Shown: in pieces, positions 44,559 through 54,511 of the stretch | How positions within the stretch are numbered: position 1 is the stretch's first letter | Layout: the number at the start of each line of letters is the position of its first letter | Origin: a virus | Length of the DNA: 64,000 bases | IMG/VR virus record: IMGVR_UViG_3300019458_000616 | Location: 7,234-71,233 of that record | Direction: 5' to 3' (one strand) | Notes under the pieces: generated by a model | Databases searched by the model: none | Told to the model about the DNA's origin: nothing | The model's input: only the letters and a program-made list of their open reading frames with translations | Translations under genes and position numbers: made by a program

Positions 44559-46748
44559 ATGGCGGACGTGGCGTTCACGGAAACCCTTACGGCAATCCTC
44601 GCGCTCGACTCGAGCCAGTTCGTTTCCGGGATCCGACGCGCCGCCGACGTTGTCGGCGACTTCCTCAAGGACGCCTCGCGCCAGGCTGCGGACTTCGAGG
44701 AGACGCTCGGCAAGTTCAACGTCGTCTTCGGGCGGTTCTCGAAGGACGCCCGGAGCTGGGCCGAGGAGTTCTCCGAGAGCATCGGGCGCGGGCGTGCCGC
44801 GACGGTTCGCGCTATGGCGGACTTCCAGGGCTTCACGAGCGCCCTCGGCTTCTCCCGCGAGAAGTCCATGGAGGTCTCGAAGGCCCTGACGCAGCTCTCG
44901 GCCGACCTCGCGACGTTCACGAACCAGACCGACGCCGAGGCGGTCCGGGACCTCATGGCGACGCTCTCCGGGAGCCACGAGGTCGCCCGGAAGTACGGCG
45001 CCGCGATCAGCGAGGCGACGATCGAGCAGGAGGCGTTCAACCTCGGGATCGGTCGTGGCTTCAAGGACCTCGCCGAGAACGAGAAGGTCCTCGCGCGCCT
45101 CAACATCCTGATCCGCTCGACCGCCGACGCGCACGGCAACGCGGCTCGGGAGGCCGAGACCCTCAATGGGAAGATGCGGCGCTTCCAGGGGATCGTCTCG
45201 GACCTTCACGTCGAGATGGGAACGAAGCTCAACGAGGCGATCGTCTCGGCGATTGACCGAATGGGCGGGTTCCAGAAGGCCGAAGAGATCCTCCGCGCGG
45301 TGATGGACGCCGCGGTCGAGCTCGGGCGGGCGGCGATCGACGTCGGCGTGCGGGCGGCGCAGGCGGCGGTCGGCTGGATCGAGTCCATGGGGGGCGTCGA
45401 GGCGATGCACCTCCGCCTCCTCGCCGCCGTCGAGGGCGTCAAGGCCGGATGGCAGGTCCTCGAGGCCGTCGGGCTCATCTTCGCGAAGACGACGCAGGCC
45501 GCGTTCATGACGGTCCGAGACGCGGTCGTGTCGGTCGGGTCTGTCGCGATCAAGGTCGCGGGGACGATTCACGACCAGGTCGTGAAAGCCATCGAGATCC
45601 TTGCGGAGAAGGCGGCGACGGCGCTTCACTTCCTGAAGCTTGCAACGCCCGGCGATCTCGGCATCAAGTTTGGCGAATGGGCCGAAGGCCTCGATAACGT
45701 CGCGAAGGCCGCCGACCGGATCAAGTCCGAGGAGCTCCTGAGGACGTTCCGGGAGTTCGTCCAGCAGGAGTCCGGGTTCCGGAGCTTCGGGGACGCCCTC
45801 CGTCAGACCGGGAACGAGCTCGAGCTCTTCTTCAAGGACCGCTTCGGCATCACCATGGACGACGTCCGGACTCGCTTCGACGAGGCGGGGCGGTCCGTCG
45901 AGCGGATGCAGGCGCTCTGGGGCGACGCGGCGGCCGCCGCGGCGAGCTACGCGGACCGCGCCCGAGAAGCAGCGGATGCGACGCGCCAAGTCGGGACCGG
46001 GGCGATCGGGACGTTCTCGATCGAGGACTTCGAGCGGCAGCGCGAAGACGCGCGCTTCGGCATCGTCATGGGCGGCGAGTTCCTGACGCCCGAGGAGGCC
46101 TCTGCCCGCGCGAGGAGGGCCGTAGAAGAGGTCTCGGCCGCCCAGGAGCGCGCCTCGAGCACGGTCCGGAGCTCCGTCGACGCGGTCTCGTTCTCGACGT
46201 TCGACGCCGGCGAGGCGTTCGACGACGCGTTCTCGAGGGGCGTTCGAGGTGCTCGCGGACTCACGGACGCCGTCGTGGGCTCGACCTTCGCCGTCGACGA
46301 GCTCTCTCGCGCGATCTACGCCATCCCGAACTTCCCGGGCGTCCCGACCGAGGAGCTCGCCCGATTCCGCCAGAACCTCGCGTTCGCCTTCCCGACGGGG
46401 ATCCTGCCGACCGCCGGACAGCAGCAGGGCATCTTCGCGAGCTTCGAGGATCTCCTCCGTCAGTTCCAGGGCCCGGGATTCGCTCGGGGCGGCGAGGTCG
46501 ACGGCCCGTCCGGCTTCGACGCCGTCCCCGCGCGGCTGACGCGGGGCGAGTTCGTCGTCAACCGCGAGTCGGCCCGAGCGAACCGCGAGCTCCTCCAGTC
46601 GATCAACGCGGGCCGCGGCCGGCGCGCCGCCCCGACAACGATCAACGTCAACCTCTCCTTCCCGAACATGCGCGAACTCAACGAGGAGGAGGTCGAGCGG
46701 AGGCTCCTTCCGATCTTCCGCCGCCTCGCGCGCCGCGGGGCGATGTAG
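44559..46748 (+). CDS. Tape measure protein
   Basis: About 729 aa helical; LTQLSADLATF, IRSTADAHGNAARE, FARGGEV..VPARLTRGEFVVN. Confidence 0.9.
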   Translation: MADVAFTETLTAILALDSSQFVSGIRRAADVVGDFLKDASRQAADFEETLGKFNVVFGRFSKDARSWAEEFSESIGRGRAATVRAMADFQGFTSALGFSREKSMEVSKALTQLSADLATFTNQTDAEAVRDLMATLSGSHEVARKYGAAISEATIEQEAFNLGIGRGFKDLAENEKVLARLNILIRSTADAHGNAAREAETLNGKMRRFQGIVSDLHVEMGTKLNEAIVSAIDRMGGFQKAEEILRAVMDAAVELGRAAIDVGVRAAQAAVGWIESMGGVEAMHLRLLAAVEGVKAGWQVLEAVGLIFAKTTQAAFMTVRDAVVSVGSVAIKVAGTIHDQVVKAIEILAEKAATALHFLKLATPGDLGIKFGEWAEGLDNVAKAADRIKSEELLRTFREFVQQESGFRSFGDALRQTGNELELFFKDRFGITMDDVRTRFDEAGRSVERMQALWGDAAAAAASYADRAREAADATRQVGTGAIGTFSIEDFERQREDARFGIVMGGEFLTPEEASARARRAVEEVSAAQERASSTVRSSVDAVSFSTFDAGEAFDDAFSRGVRGARGLTDAVVGSTFAVDELSRAIYAIPNFPGVPTEELARFRQNLAFAFPTGILPTAGQQQGIFASFEDLLRQFQGPGFARGGEVDGPSGFDAVPARLTRGEFVVNRESARANRELLQSINAGRGRRAAPTTINVNLSFPNMRELNEEEVERRLLPIFRRLARRGAM

Positions 46749-46759
46749 GCCGCGGGGTC

Positions 46760-46775
46760 GTTAAGTTCCCTTAAC
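46760..46775. promoter_or_regulatory. Palindrome copy 9 GTTAAG-TTCC-CTTAAC
   Basis: 11 bp after the tape measure stop, intergenic. Confidence 0.85.
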
Positions 46776-46884
46776 TTCATCTCGCGCAGGAACGATCGGG
46801 ACCCCGAGACGGCCCTCGGCTCGGGCGAGGAGCAACCGACGCGACGGTGGCGCTCCCAGGCCCGTTCTTGACCCCTTCGCGCGG

Positions 46885-47442
46885 GTGTACCCCATCGGCG
46901 TCACGACGTCCGCGCCAGGAGGGCAACGCTCCGTGCCCGAGGTCGTTCTCCTCTTCGAGCCGCCGGCGGGTCCGTCGAAGACGATCACGGTCCGGTCTCC
47001 CCAGTGGGGGAACCGGGACGAGCTCGATCCGACGCAGGAGCTCTTCCGGACCCTCGGCGACCGGCTCTACGTCTATGACCGGGGTCCCGAGCGCCGGCGC
47101 CTCTCGTTCCGGTTCGAGATGCTCTCGGCCGAGGAGCGCGCGGACCTCGAGGACTTCTTCGGCACCGGCCAAGTCGGGTTCGCCCGGCGCTGGTGGAAGC
47201 TGACGATCACGCCCGGGAGCCGGGAGGTCCTCCGCTGCGGGGCGCTCGTCGGGGGCTCGGTCCCGGTCGCGAACGGGGCGAGCTCCTACCTCGCCGGTGC
47301 CCGCGTCCTCATGGACTCCGTGACCCATCGCGTCCGGCTCGCGACGCCGGTGCTCGACTTCGAGGAGGAGGAGGACGGCCACTTCAACCTCGACCTCGCG
47401 CTCGAGGTCCTCGCCGAAGGGGAGGCGCCGACCAACGCATGA
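46885..47442 (+). CDS. Distal tail-like protein
   Basis: Directly after the tape measure gene; start uncertain. Confidence 0.55.
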   Translation: MYPIGVTTSAPGGQRSVPEVVLLFEPPAGPSKTITVRSPQWGNRDELDPTQELFRTLGDRLYVYDRGPERRRLSFRFEMLSAEERADLEDFFGTGQVGFARRWWKLTITPGSREVLRCGALVGGSVPVANGASSYLAGARVLMDSVTHRVRLATPVLDFEEEEDGHFNLDLALEVLAEGEAPTNA

Positions 47443-47846
47443 ACGAGTTCCAGGTCATTCTGCAGCTCGGGACCGGGATCGGGACGATGGTCGTCTTCGG
47501 CCTCTGGATGACGAAGACGCTCGTTCCGAGGCTCCAGGACGATGCCGCGAAGGCGCGAGCGGAGTTCCTCGAGCAGCTCAAGGCCGACCGCGCCGAGAGC
47601 CGGGAGGAGCGACGGCAGGACCGCGAGGCCTTCCTCTCCGCGCTCGTCGAGGAGCGTAAGAGTCGATACGCGCTTGCCGGGAAGGTCATGCAGCTCGCTG
47701 ACGAGACCGGCGTCCTCCGGCAGGACATCCGGGATGCCGTCCAGGAGCTCCGGAGCGCGACGCTGATCCTCTCGCGCGAGGGTCGGGACGGAAGCACAGA
47801 TTCGCCGATTCCCGGCAGTCTCAAGTCACCGGCGTCGGGAGCGTAG
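47439..47846 (+). CDS. TM plus coiled-coil protein (holin-like)
   Basis: N-terminal TM GTGIGTMVVFGLWM then coiled coil. Confidence 0.55.
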   Translation: MNEFQVILQLGTGIGTMVVFGLWMTKTLVPRLQDDAAKARAEFLEQLKADRAESREERRQDREAFLSALVEERKSRYALAGKVMQLADETGVLRQDIRDAVQELRSATLILSREGRDGSTDSPIPGSLKSPASGA

Positions 47847-47848
47847 CC

Positions 47849-48376
47849 GTGGCCGCGACGGTCGAGATCCGGTCGATGCACGGCGTCGCGGCGGCGACCG
47901 AGACGACGATCAACGGCCAGACCGTCAAGTTCAAGCGAGCGGACAACGACGCGAACGACGCCGCGAACCCCATCCCGAAGCCGGGAGCCGGCGAGGTCTA
48001 CTCCTGGCGGAAGTCCTGGAAGATCAAGGCGACCGTCACGCCCGACGGCGACATCTTCAACCTCCGCTTCTTCTCGGACGGCGCGGCCTGGGCGACGGGC
48101 GTCGTCCTCTATGGCCACAAGATCGGGAGCTACACGCAGGGCGGCTCGAGCGACGAGACAAACAAGATCGTCCAGGGCGGGGGCTCCGCGGTCGTGGATG
48201 TCGCGACCCTCGTTGCCGGCGCGCCGCTCACCGTCAACGCCGGGACCGTGATCTCGAACCCGGACACGGGCTTCGGGAGCCAGGACTTCGCCGAGCTCCA
48301 GCTCGGCGTCGCGAACACGGCGTCGAGGGGGAAGAAGGGGCCCCGGACTCTCACTTACCGCTTCGAGGAGTCCTGA
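47849..48376 (+). CDS. Phage structural protein
   Basis: Beta-rich; ends LTYRFEES. Confidence 0.6.
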   Translation: MAATVEIRSMHGVAAATETTINGQTVKFKRADNDANDAANPIPKPGAGEVYSWRKSWKIKATVTPDGDIFNLRFFSDGAAWATGVVLYGHKIGSYTQGGSSDETNKIVQGGGSAVVDVATLVAGAPLTVNAGTVISNPDTGFGSQDFAELQLGVANTASRGKKGPRTLTYRFEES

Positions 48377-48400
48377 ACCCGTGCGTCCTACCCCATCCGC

Positions 48401-48802
48401 GTGAAGGCGCCTCCCGGCACCCCGTACGCTTGGCGCGGGACCCTCGACGACGGGACGGTCGTCGAGCGCGGCTCGTTCGTCGTCGATGAGGTCCCCGTCC
48501 TCTCCCCGATGAAGCTCCCGGCGGGGCGCCTACGTCGCCTCGAGCTCGTCGCCGTCGAACCCGGCTGGCCGCCCCGCGCGGAAGCGGTCGCCGGCGACGG
48601 CGAGGAGATCCGCTTCTTCATGACCCGGGAAGGATCGGTCGGGGAGCACCCGCGCCCCGTCCGGACGATCGCCGTCGCCCTCGGCGTTCGAGGACGCGAC
48701 GGGCAGGAGCGACTGACCTGGCTCCTGCCGGATGGGACGAAGGTCGAGGGCCCGAGGTCCTACGAGGAGCTCGAGGCTTCGGCCGCGCGGGGCTCCCCGT
48801 AG
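48401..48802 (+). CDS. Hypothetical protein
   Basis: Typical codon usage. Confidence 0.5.
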   Translation: MKAPPGTPYAWRGTLDDGTVVERGSFVVDEVPVLSPMKLPAGRLRRLELVAVEPGWPPRAEAVAGDGEEIRFFMTREGSVGEHPRPVRTIAVALGVRGRDGQERLTWLLPDGTKVEGPRSYEELEASAARGSP

Positions 48803-48815
48803 CAGGAGGTCGACC

Positions 48816-49424
48816 ATGCGTCGCGTCTCGTCCTCGTTCCTCGTCTTCGTGGCCGTCGTCGCGGGGTTCCTGATCGGGTGCGGGGGGTCGGGCGCCGGCG
48901 GGCTCGCGCTCGACGCGCTCTCGGGTCCGCCGGAGACGACGTCGTCGCCGACGGCGACCCACGCGGTCGTCGCGACGACCCCCGCCGGCTGGATCGTCGA
49001 GTACCCCCGCTCGTTCCTCGTCGAGAACCCCGACTGCCCGGGCATGCTCCCGTACTTCGTCCCGGAGGACTCATTCGCGGAGATCGACGCGACGATCCGG
49101 CTCGCGGCCGAGCTCGGGCATCCGGTCCGGCCGGAGCGGATCGTCCTCGTTCGGGAGCCCCCGACTTTCGAGGGTGTGAAGGTCTCCGGCGTCGCCGTCG
49201 AGGGGACGTTCGTCCTCTGGTGGACCTTCGGGGCCGCGCCGGCGTTCCCGTACGCGCTCCCGGACGCGATCGTCCACGCGTCGACGGGTATGCCGGCCTC
49301 GAGTCGCGATGCCTTTAGCCTCGAGGCGAACGCTCTCCACGACGCGCTCCGGACGATCATCCTCTACCCGCACGAGGATCTGGGTGGGGATGCCGAGGCC
49401 GGGCGAGAGACGCACTCCTACTGA
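48816..49424 (+). CDS. Putative lipoprotein
   Basis: SD AGGAGGT; signal peptide with lipobox LIGC. Confidence 0.65.
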   Translation: MRRVSSSFLVFVAVVAGFLIGCGGSGAGGLALDALSGPPETTSSPTATHAVVATTPAGWIVEYPRSFLVENPDCPGMLPYFVPEDSFAEIDATIRLAAELGHPVRPERIVLVREPPTFEGVKVSGVAVEGTFVLWWTFGAAPAFPYALPDAIVHASTGMPASSRDAFSLEANALHDALRTIILYPHEDLGGDAEAGRETHSY

Positions 49425-49481
49425 TCGGTTCGACGGGGCGGGGACGCGGATGGCGTCCCCGCCCCCGCCTCGGAGGTCACC

Positions 49482-50897
49482 GTGTCCTTCAAAATCCCCA
49501 ACGAGGTGGATGCCTTTCACGCCGACCAGGCAGAGCCGGACAAGGTCGACTTCGACATCGTCCTTGCCGGTATCCGCGGCTACGGCGTCTTCTCCGGCTG
49601 CGCCGTCTCCCAGCGCGCCGCCGGCGCGAACATGAGCATCGACGTCGCGGGGGGGGTCGTTCACGTCGGGGGCGTCGCGAAGGGTGTTGCGGCAGCCAAT
49701 CTCGTGATCGCGACCGCGGACGGGACGAACCCGCGCTTCGACCTCGTGACCGTCGATCTCGACGGCGTCGCGGCCGTCGTCACGGGGACGCCATCAGGTA
49801 ACCCGGTCTTTCCCGCGGTCCCGGTCGGGCGGATTGTTCTCGCGGCGGTCTACATCCCCGCGAACGACACGGCGATCCAGGACAACCAGATCACGGACAA
49901 GAGGGTGGAGGTCGCTCCGATGGGGACGATCACGAGGGCGGAGCTCTTCACGGCGAGCGGAAGCTTCACGCCCGGCACCGGGGTCAAGCTCGTCAAGATC
50001 TCGCTTTGGGGCGGCGGAGGAGGTGGGGGCGGAGGCGGAGGCTGCAACAATCCCAGCTCGGAGAGCGCGGGAGGGGGAGGGGGCGGGGCCGGAGAGTGTG
50101 TGATCGATCGACCCTATGCCGTCGTCCCAGGGAATCCGGTGACCGTGACTATTGGGGCCGGCGGAAGCGCGGGATCCGGCGGAGCGGCAGGCAACAATCC
50201 CGGCTCGGATGGCGGGAACGGAGGGACGACCTCCTTCGGCGTTCTCTCGGTCCGCGGGGGCAAGGGAGGCCGCGGAGGCCAAGCCGCGGACACGTCGACC
50301 TCAGTGTCCAACGGAGGCGTCGGGGGAGACGGAGGCGCGGGCGGGGGCGGGGGCGGGGGACAGGCGACCGTCACTAACTGCGCCGGCGGTGCCGGCGGGA
50401 GTGGGGTGGCGCCCGGGGGCGGGGGGTCAGGGCAGACTACCGGGGGAGCGGCCGGCGCCGTGTATGGGGGAATCGCCCAGGACGAGGCTGCTGCGGCCGG
50501 GACCGCAAACGGAGCGGCAGGCAAGGGAGCGACCGCTCTTCGGACGGTCATCTCGAACGGCGCGTCTACCGGCGGCCGAGGCGGAACGACCGACGGATCG
50601 GGCGGAGGCGGGGGCAGCCTCTTCGGGGGGGATGCCGGAGATGGCGGTTCAAGCACGAACGATGCAGGTGCGGGAGGCGGTGGGGGTTCCTCGTTTCCCG
50701 GATCGGTGGGCGGTTTCGGAGGGACGGCCCAGGGCACAGACATCCCCGGCGGCGCGGGTGAGGCCGGCGGGGTCGCGGCGGGGGGAGGGGGAGGGGCCGG
50801 CTCAGCGAGAAGCGGCGGTGGTTCGCCGCAGGCAGGAGGCAACGGAGGCGCCGGCGGCGCGGGCGCGGTCATCGTGACCTGGGAAGAAGCGATCTAG
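49482..50897 (+). CDS. Glycine-rich tail fibre protein
   Basis: ADGTNPRFDLV N-terminus; FTASGSFT..VKISLWGGGGGG then Gly-rich repeats. Confidence 0.82.
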   Translation: MSFKIPNEVDAFHADQAEPDKVDFDIVLAGIRGYGVFSGCAVSQRAAGANMSIDVAGGVVHVGGVAKGVAAANLVIATADGTNPRFDLVTVDLDGVAAVVTGTPSGNPVFPAVPVGRIVLAAVYIPANDTAIQDNQITDKRVEVAPMGTITRAELFTASGSFTPGTGVKLVKISLWGGGGGGGGGGGCNNPSSESAGGGGGGAGECVIDRPYAVVPGNPVTVTIGAGGSAGSGGAAGNNPGSDGGNGGTTSFGVLSVRGGKGGRGGQAADTSTSVSNGGVGGDGGAGGGGGGGQATVTNCAGGAGGSGVAPGGGGSGQTTGGAAGAVYGGIAQDEAAAAGTANGAAGKGATALRTVISNGASTGGRGGTTDGSGGGGGSLFGGDAGDGGSSTNDAGAGGGGGSSFPGSVGGFGGTAQGTDIPGGAGEAGGVAAGGGGGAGSARSGGGSPQAGGNGGAGGAGAVIVTWEEAI

Positions 50898-50914
50898 GAG
50901 GTCGAGGTTCCTAA

Positions 50915-53884
50915 GTGGCCTCCGCGTTCAAGGTCCGCGGGGCTTCCGGCGGCTCCGCGCTCCGCGGGGCCGCGAACGACACCTTCCGCGGTCGGACGAA
51001 GCAACTCTCCGTCCTCGCCGAGGCCCATGTTCTCGACACCGTCGACCTCTCCGTCCTCGCCGAGGCGCATGTCTCGGAAACGCTCGACCTCTCCGTCCTC
51101 GCCGAGGCGAACGTCTCGGACCAAGTCGACCTCTCCGTTCTCGCCGAGGCGAACGTCTCGCGCTTCGCGACAACGAAGCATCTCGCGGCGACCGGCTCTC
51201 CGCGCGTCCTCGTCGAGGTCGACTGGCCTGGAGGAAACCGGAGGTACGCGCCGTACCCGCTCGCGATCGAGGGCTCGAGCTTCGTCGGCTACGCGGGCGC
51301 GCTCCTCTCGATTGGCGAGGTCGTCCAGGGGACGGCGGAACGTCGGGGGAGCCTCTCTTTCCGGCTCCTCAACTCGACCACGCCCGGAGAGGCGCCTTCG
51401 TCGCTATGGAGTGACGCGAACCCGCCCGAGGGGGCGGAGGTTCGCGCGTACCTCTGGTTCGAGGACGACCCTCTCGACTTCCGGATCGAGGTATTCCGCG
51501 GGGTCGTGGACCAGGTTGTCTCGGTCTCCGAGACGGAGATCGAAGTCTCGGCGATCTCGGCCGAGGAGAAGCACGACAAGCTCATCGGGGCGGAGATCAA
51601 CGCAACCGACCTCTCCGACGCCCCGCGCGAGTCGATCGGGAAGTTCAAGCCCGTCGTCTTCGGAACCGTCGAGAAGCATCTCGGCATCCCCGTGACGACG
51701 ATCGGCGTCTCGAGGCTGCGGGCGTCGCACTTGAAGAACGCGACGACGATCCTGCTCGAGGACGCGACGGACTTCCCGAACTCGGGAACGGTCCGGATCG
51801 GGACAGAGGAGGTCTCGTACACGGGGAAGAGCGGGAACGACCTCACGACCGCGACTCGAGGGGCGAACGGGACGGCGGCCCTCGACCATGGAAGCGGGAC
51901 CGAGGTTGTCGAGAAGGGGAACCTCGACGTCCTCCTCTCGGGACCACAGCTCACGTCTGTTGACGCGGCCTACGCCGCTCGCGGTGATCGGCTCCGGAAG
52001 CTCGATGGGGCCGAGTACTCGTCGCTCTTCTTCTTCGTCATGGGTCAGCCGCTCAAGGACTACCACTACCTCCGGTTCACGGCCGGATGGCCGCGTCTCA
52101 AGGTCCCCGGTGGGGGACTCGCGTTCTCGCAAGTCCAGATGAACGTCCCCGGGTCGGGGAACACGGCCATGAGCCCCGAAGGGGCGGCGGCCGACAACGT
52201 ACTCTGGACGGAGCGCAACTCCGCGACGATCGACCAGACGGCCGCCACGCTCGAGCTCGAGCAGACAGACGTCGTCGAGCCGGCCGGTGAGATCGTGCGC
52301 GTCTACGCGGTCGTCGAGTTCGACAACCGGGCCTTCCCGCTCCCGTCGGGACAGATCGACGTCAAGGTCGCCGGCGGCGCGACGCTCGGGCAGGTCGTGG
52401 CTGGCGGGAACTTGCCGGGGGATCTCAAGGACCGCGCCGGGCTCGGGGCGACGAGGGCCTACGACGACGAGCACACGCACGCCATCACGGATGCCGCGCC
52501 AGCAAGCGCGACGATCACGCCAACGACGGCGACCGGTGTGGGCGGCGGGACTGGTTGGACAAACGCGGCGAACATCCACGACGGGAACCTGGGGACGAAG
52601 GGGACCGTCTCCGCGACGAGCATCCAGCAGCTCGACTTCACGGGCTTCTCGTTCACGACGACGAACCGGACGCTGACGAGGGTCCGGGCATGGTGCAGGG
52701 GTGGCAAGACCGGAGGCTCGTTCGGCCTCACGTTGATCCTCGTCGACAAGAACGGGAACCAGGTTGCCTCGGTCGAGATGGGGACCTCGCCCGAGGATCG
52801 CGCCACGGACTGGTTCGTTACGGACGACTGGGCGAACGTCACGAGCGCGAAGATCCGGTTCCCGTTCCGGACGGCGGGAACGACGATCAGCTACGAGGCC
52901 TTCGAGGTCCGCCTCGAGATCGAGTACGTCGACAACTCGACGACGACGACGGCGGGAACCAAGCTCGCGCTCGAGCACAGTCGGGCGATGCTCTTCGACG
53001 TCACGGCGACCGTCGCAGGAGACTGGGCCTGGTTCCTGAACCGAAAGTTGCAGGTCGTCCACAACGGCGCGGGGGCGGCGGTCCTCAGGATCGTCCGCCT
53101 CTACTTCCTCGTCGAGTACTCCCCATATCGCGACGAGCCGGCCGATCGGATCCTCGCCGACGTCAAGGGCCTCGCCCAGAACGGCGAGCCGACGGAGGTC
53201 CTCAAGGCGATCGTCACGAACGGGTACCTCATGGGGCTCGCGTCGACCGCCTACGACGCCGGCGACATCCTCGCGGTGGCGGCGCGACATGCCGCGCTCT
53301 CGTACCGGCTCGACTTCGCCGTCGAGAGCCGGCCCCGCGCGAACGACCTCATCGCCCGTGTCTGCGAACAGGGTCGGATGCTGGTGTGGTGGGAGGAGGG
53401 GAAGCTCTCGATCGCCTTCGAGGAGGACATCGCGTCGTTCCCCGCGCCGATCGCCGTCTACCGCGAGAACGACTTCTCGGCACCCGTCGGGCTCCGGAGG
53501 ACGCCCCTCCGGGACGTCGCGACGAAGGTCGTCGGCCGGTACTTCCTCGACGGGGAGGAGCGTCGGCTCTCGAAGACGACCTCGGCCGAGGACGGATCGC
53601 CGCCGGCGAATCTCGTGGCGCGAACGGAGGAGGTCGACCTCGAGCTCGTACGGCATGCGGGGACCGCGGCGAATCTCGTTACTCACCTCCTCGACCGGCT
53701 CAAGCGGCCGCGATACGACGTCGAACTCGCCCTCCTGCTTCCGGGGCTCGAGGTCCGGAGGGGGGATATCATCGGGCTCAAGACGGCACGCTGGACCTTC
53801 TCGAAGCTCCAGGTCCGCGAGGTCCAGGTCGACGCCGAGGCCCGCCTCGTCAGGCTCCTCTGCCGCGCGTTCGACGCCCTTTGA
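50915..53884 (+). CDS. Large tail tip / baseplate hub-like protein
   Basis: 989 aa; KPVVFG, TATRGANGTAALDH, C-terminal LEVRRGDII. Confidence 0.75.
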   Translation: MASAFKVRGASGGSALRGAANDTFRGRTKQLSVLAEAHVLDTVDLSVLAEAHVSETLDLSVLAEANVSDQVDLSVLAEANVSRFATTKHLAATGSPRVLVEVDWPGGNRRYAPYPLAIEGSSFVGYAGALLSIGEVVQGTAERRGSLSFRLLNSTTPGEAPSSLWSDANPPEGAEVRAYLWFEDDPLDFRIEVFRGVVDQVVSVSETEIEVSAISAEEKHDKLIGAEINATDLSDAPRESIGKFKPVVFGTVEKHLGIPVTTIGVSRLRASHLKNATTILLEDATDFPNSGTVRIGTEEVSYTGKSGNDLTTATRGANGTAALDHGSGTEVVEKGNLDVLLSGPQLTSVDAAYAARGDRLRKLDGAEYSSLFFFVMGQPLKDYHYLRFTAGWPRLKVPGGGLAFSQVQMNVPGSGNTAMSPEGAAADNVLWTERNSATIDQTAATLELEQTDVVEPAGEIVRVYAVVEFDNRAFPLPSGQIDVKVAGGATLGQVVAGGNLPGDLKDRAGLGATRAYDDEHTHAITDAAPASATITPTTATGVGGGTGWTNAANIHDGNLGTKGTVSATSIQQLDFTGFSFTTTNRTLTRVRAWCRGGKTGGSFGLTLILVDKNGNQVASVEMGTSPEDRATDWFVTDDWANVTSAKIRFPFRTAGTTISYEAFEVRLEIEYVDNSTTTTAGTKLALEHSRAMLFDVTATVAGDWAWFLNRKLQVVHNGAGAAVLRIVRLYFLVEYSPYRDEPADRILADVKGLAQNGEPTEVLKAIVTNGYLMGLASTAYDAGDILAVAARHAALSYRLDFAVESRPRANDLIARVCEQGRMLVWWEEGKLSIAFEEDIASFPAPIAVYRENDFSAPVGLRRTPLRDVATKVVGRYFLDGEERRLSKTTSAEDGSPPANLVARTEEVDLELVRHAGTAANLVTHLLDRLKRPRYDVELALLLPGLEVRRGDIIGLKTARWTFSKLQVREVQVDAEARLVRLLCRAFDAL
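51005..51160 (+). repeat. In-frame 42-bp tandem repeat, about 4 copies (LSVLAEAxV...D)
   Basis: Units start at 51005, 51047, 51089 and 51131. Confidence 0.85.
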
Positions 53885-54053
53885 TCGTCGTCTTCCGGAA
53901 AGGCTCAGACGCGCACGACTACGGATACCGCGAGGGGGGCGTCTTGAACCTCGGCTGAGTCCATCCGTTCGGGACGATCGATGACCGTCCTGGCGCATCC
54001 CTTCTGAGAGGCCCTTTGGGGCGTAGCATCTCCCGCGGCGGGAGGACGGCCGC

Positions 54054-54404
54054 GTGGCGACCCGGTTCATCGACGGCCAGACGAAGCTTGACGCGGCGAA
54101 CCTCAACGGCCTCGACCGCGGCGGGAACGTCTTCCAGTCCGCGATCGGCGGACTCAAGATCGACGTCACGGCCTGCCGGTTCGCGAAGCACGATCCCTGG
54201 GCGGTCGTAACCTACGCCGGCGCAACCCAGGTCGCGGTCACGGCGAACCAGACGAACTTCGTCTACCTCGACACGTCGGGCGTCCTCCAGATCAGCACCT
54301 CGGCCTTCCCCGGAGCCGCTCACGTCCCGCTGGCCGAGGTCGTCTGCGACGCGACGGGGATCACGTCCATCGTCGACCGGCGGTTCCTCGCCTTCCTGCC
54401 ATGA
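54054..54404 (+). CDS. Small tail/structural protein
   Basis: LDAANLNGL, TNFVYLD..G.LQISTSAFP..VPLAEV. Confidence 0.65.
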   Translation: MATRFIDGQTKLDAANLNGLDRGGNVFQSAIGGLKIDVTACRFAKHDPWAVVTYAGATQVAVTANQTNFVYLDTSGVLQISTSAFPGAAHVPLAEVVCDATGITSIVDRRFLAFLP

Positions 54405-54483
54405 GACCACGTCCGAAGCCCACGGCAATCCCGAGCGACGGGATCTCGGTAGGCGAGTTCGAGCGGATGATGCGTCGTTCGAG

Positions 54484-54499
54484 GTTAAGGGAGCTTAAC
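54484..54499. promoter_or_regulatory. Palindrome copy 10 GTTAAG-GGAG-CTTAAC
   Basis: 12 bp before ATG 54512, abutting SD GAGGAG. Confidence 0.85.
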
Positions 54500-54511
54500 G
54501 AGGAGACGCGC

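Noticed and set aside
24440-48392. CTACC in several intergenic gaps as a late-promoter -10 element
   Set aside because: Too short, common around Tyr codons, and no consistent upstream element
51005-51160. Possible CRISPR array (repeat plus variable part)
   Set aside because: 42-bp period is in frame, the variable parts are related and short, changes are mostly synonymous, and no cas genes are present
53955-53990. Hammerhead ribozyme (CTGA-GTCC..GGAC-GA)
   Set aside because: Lacks the complete CUGANGA and GAAA core
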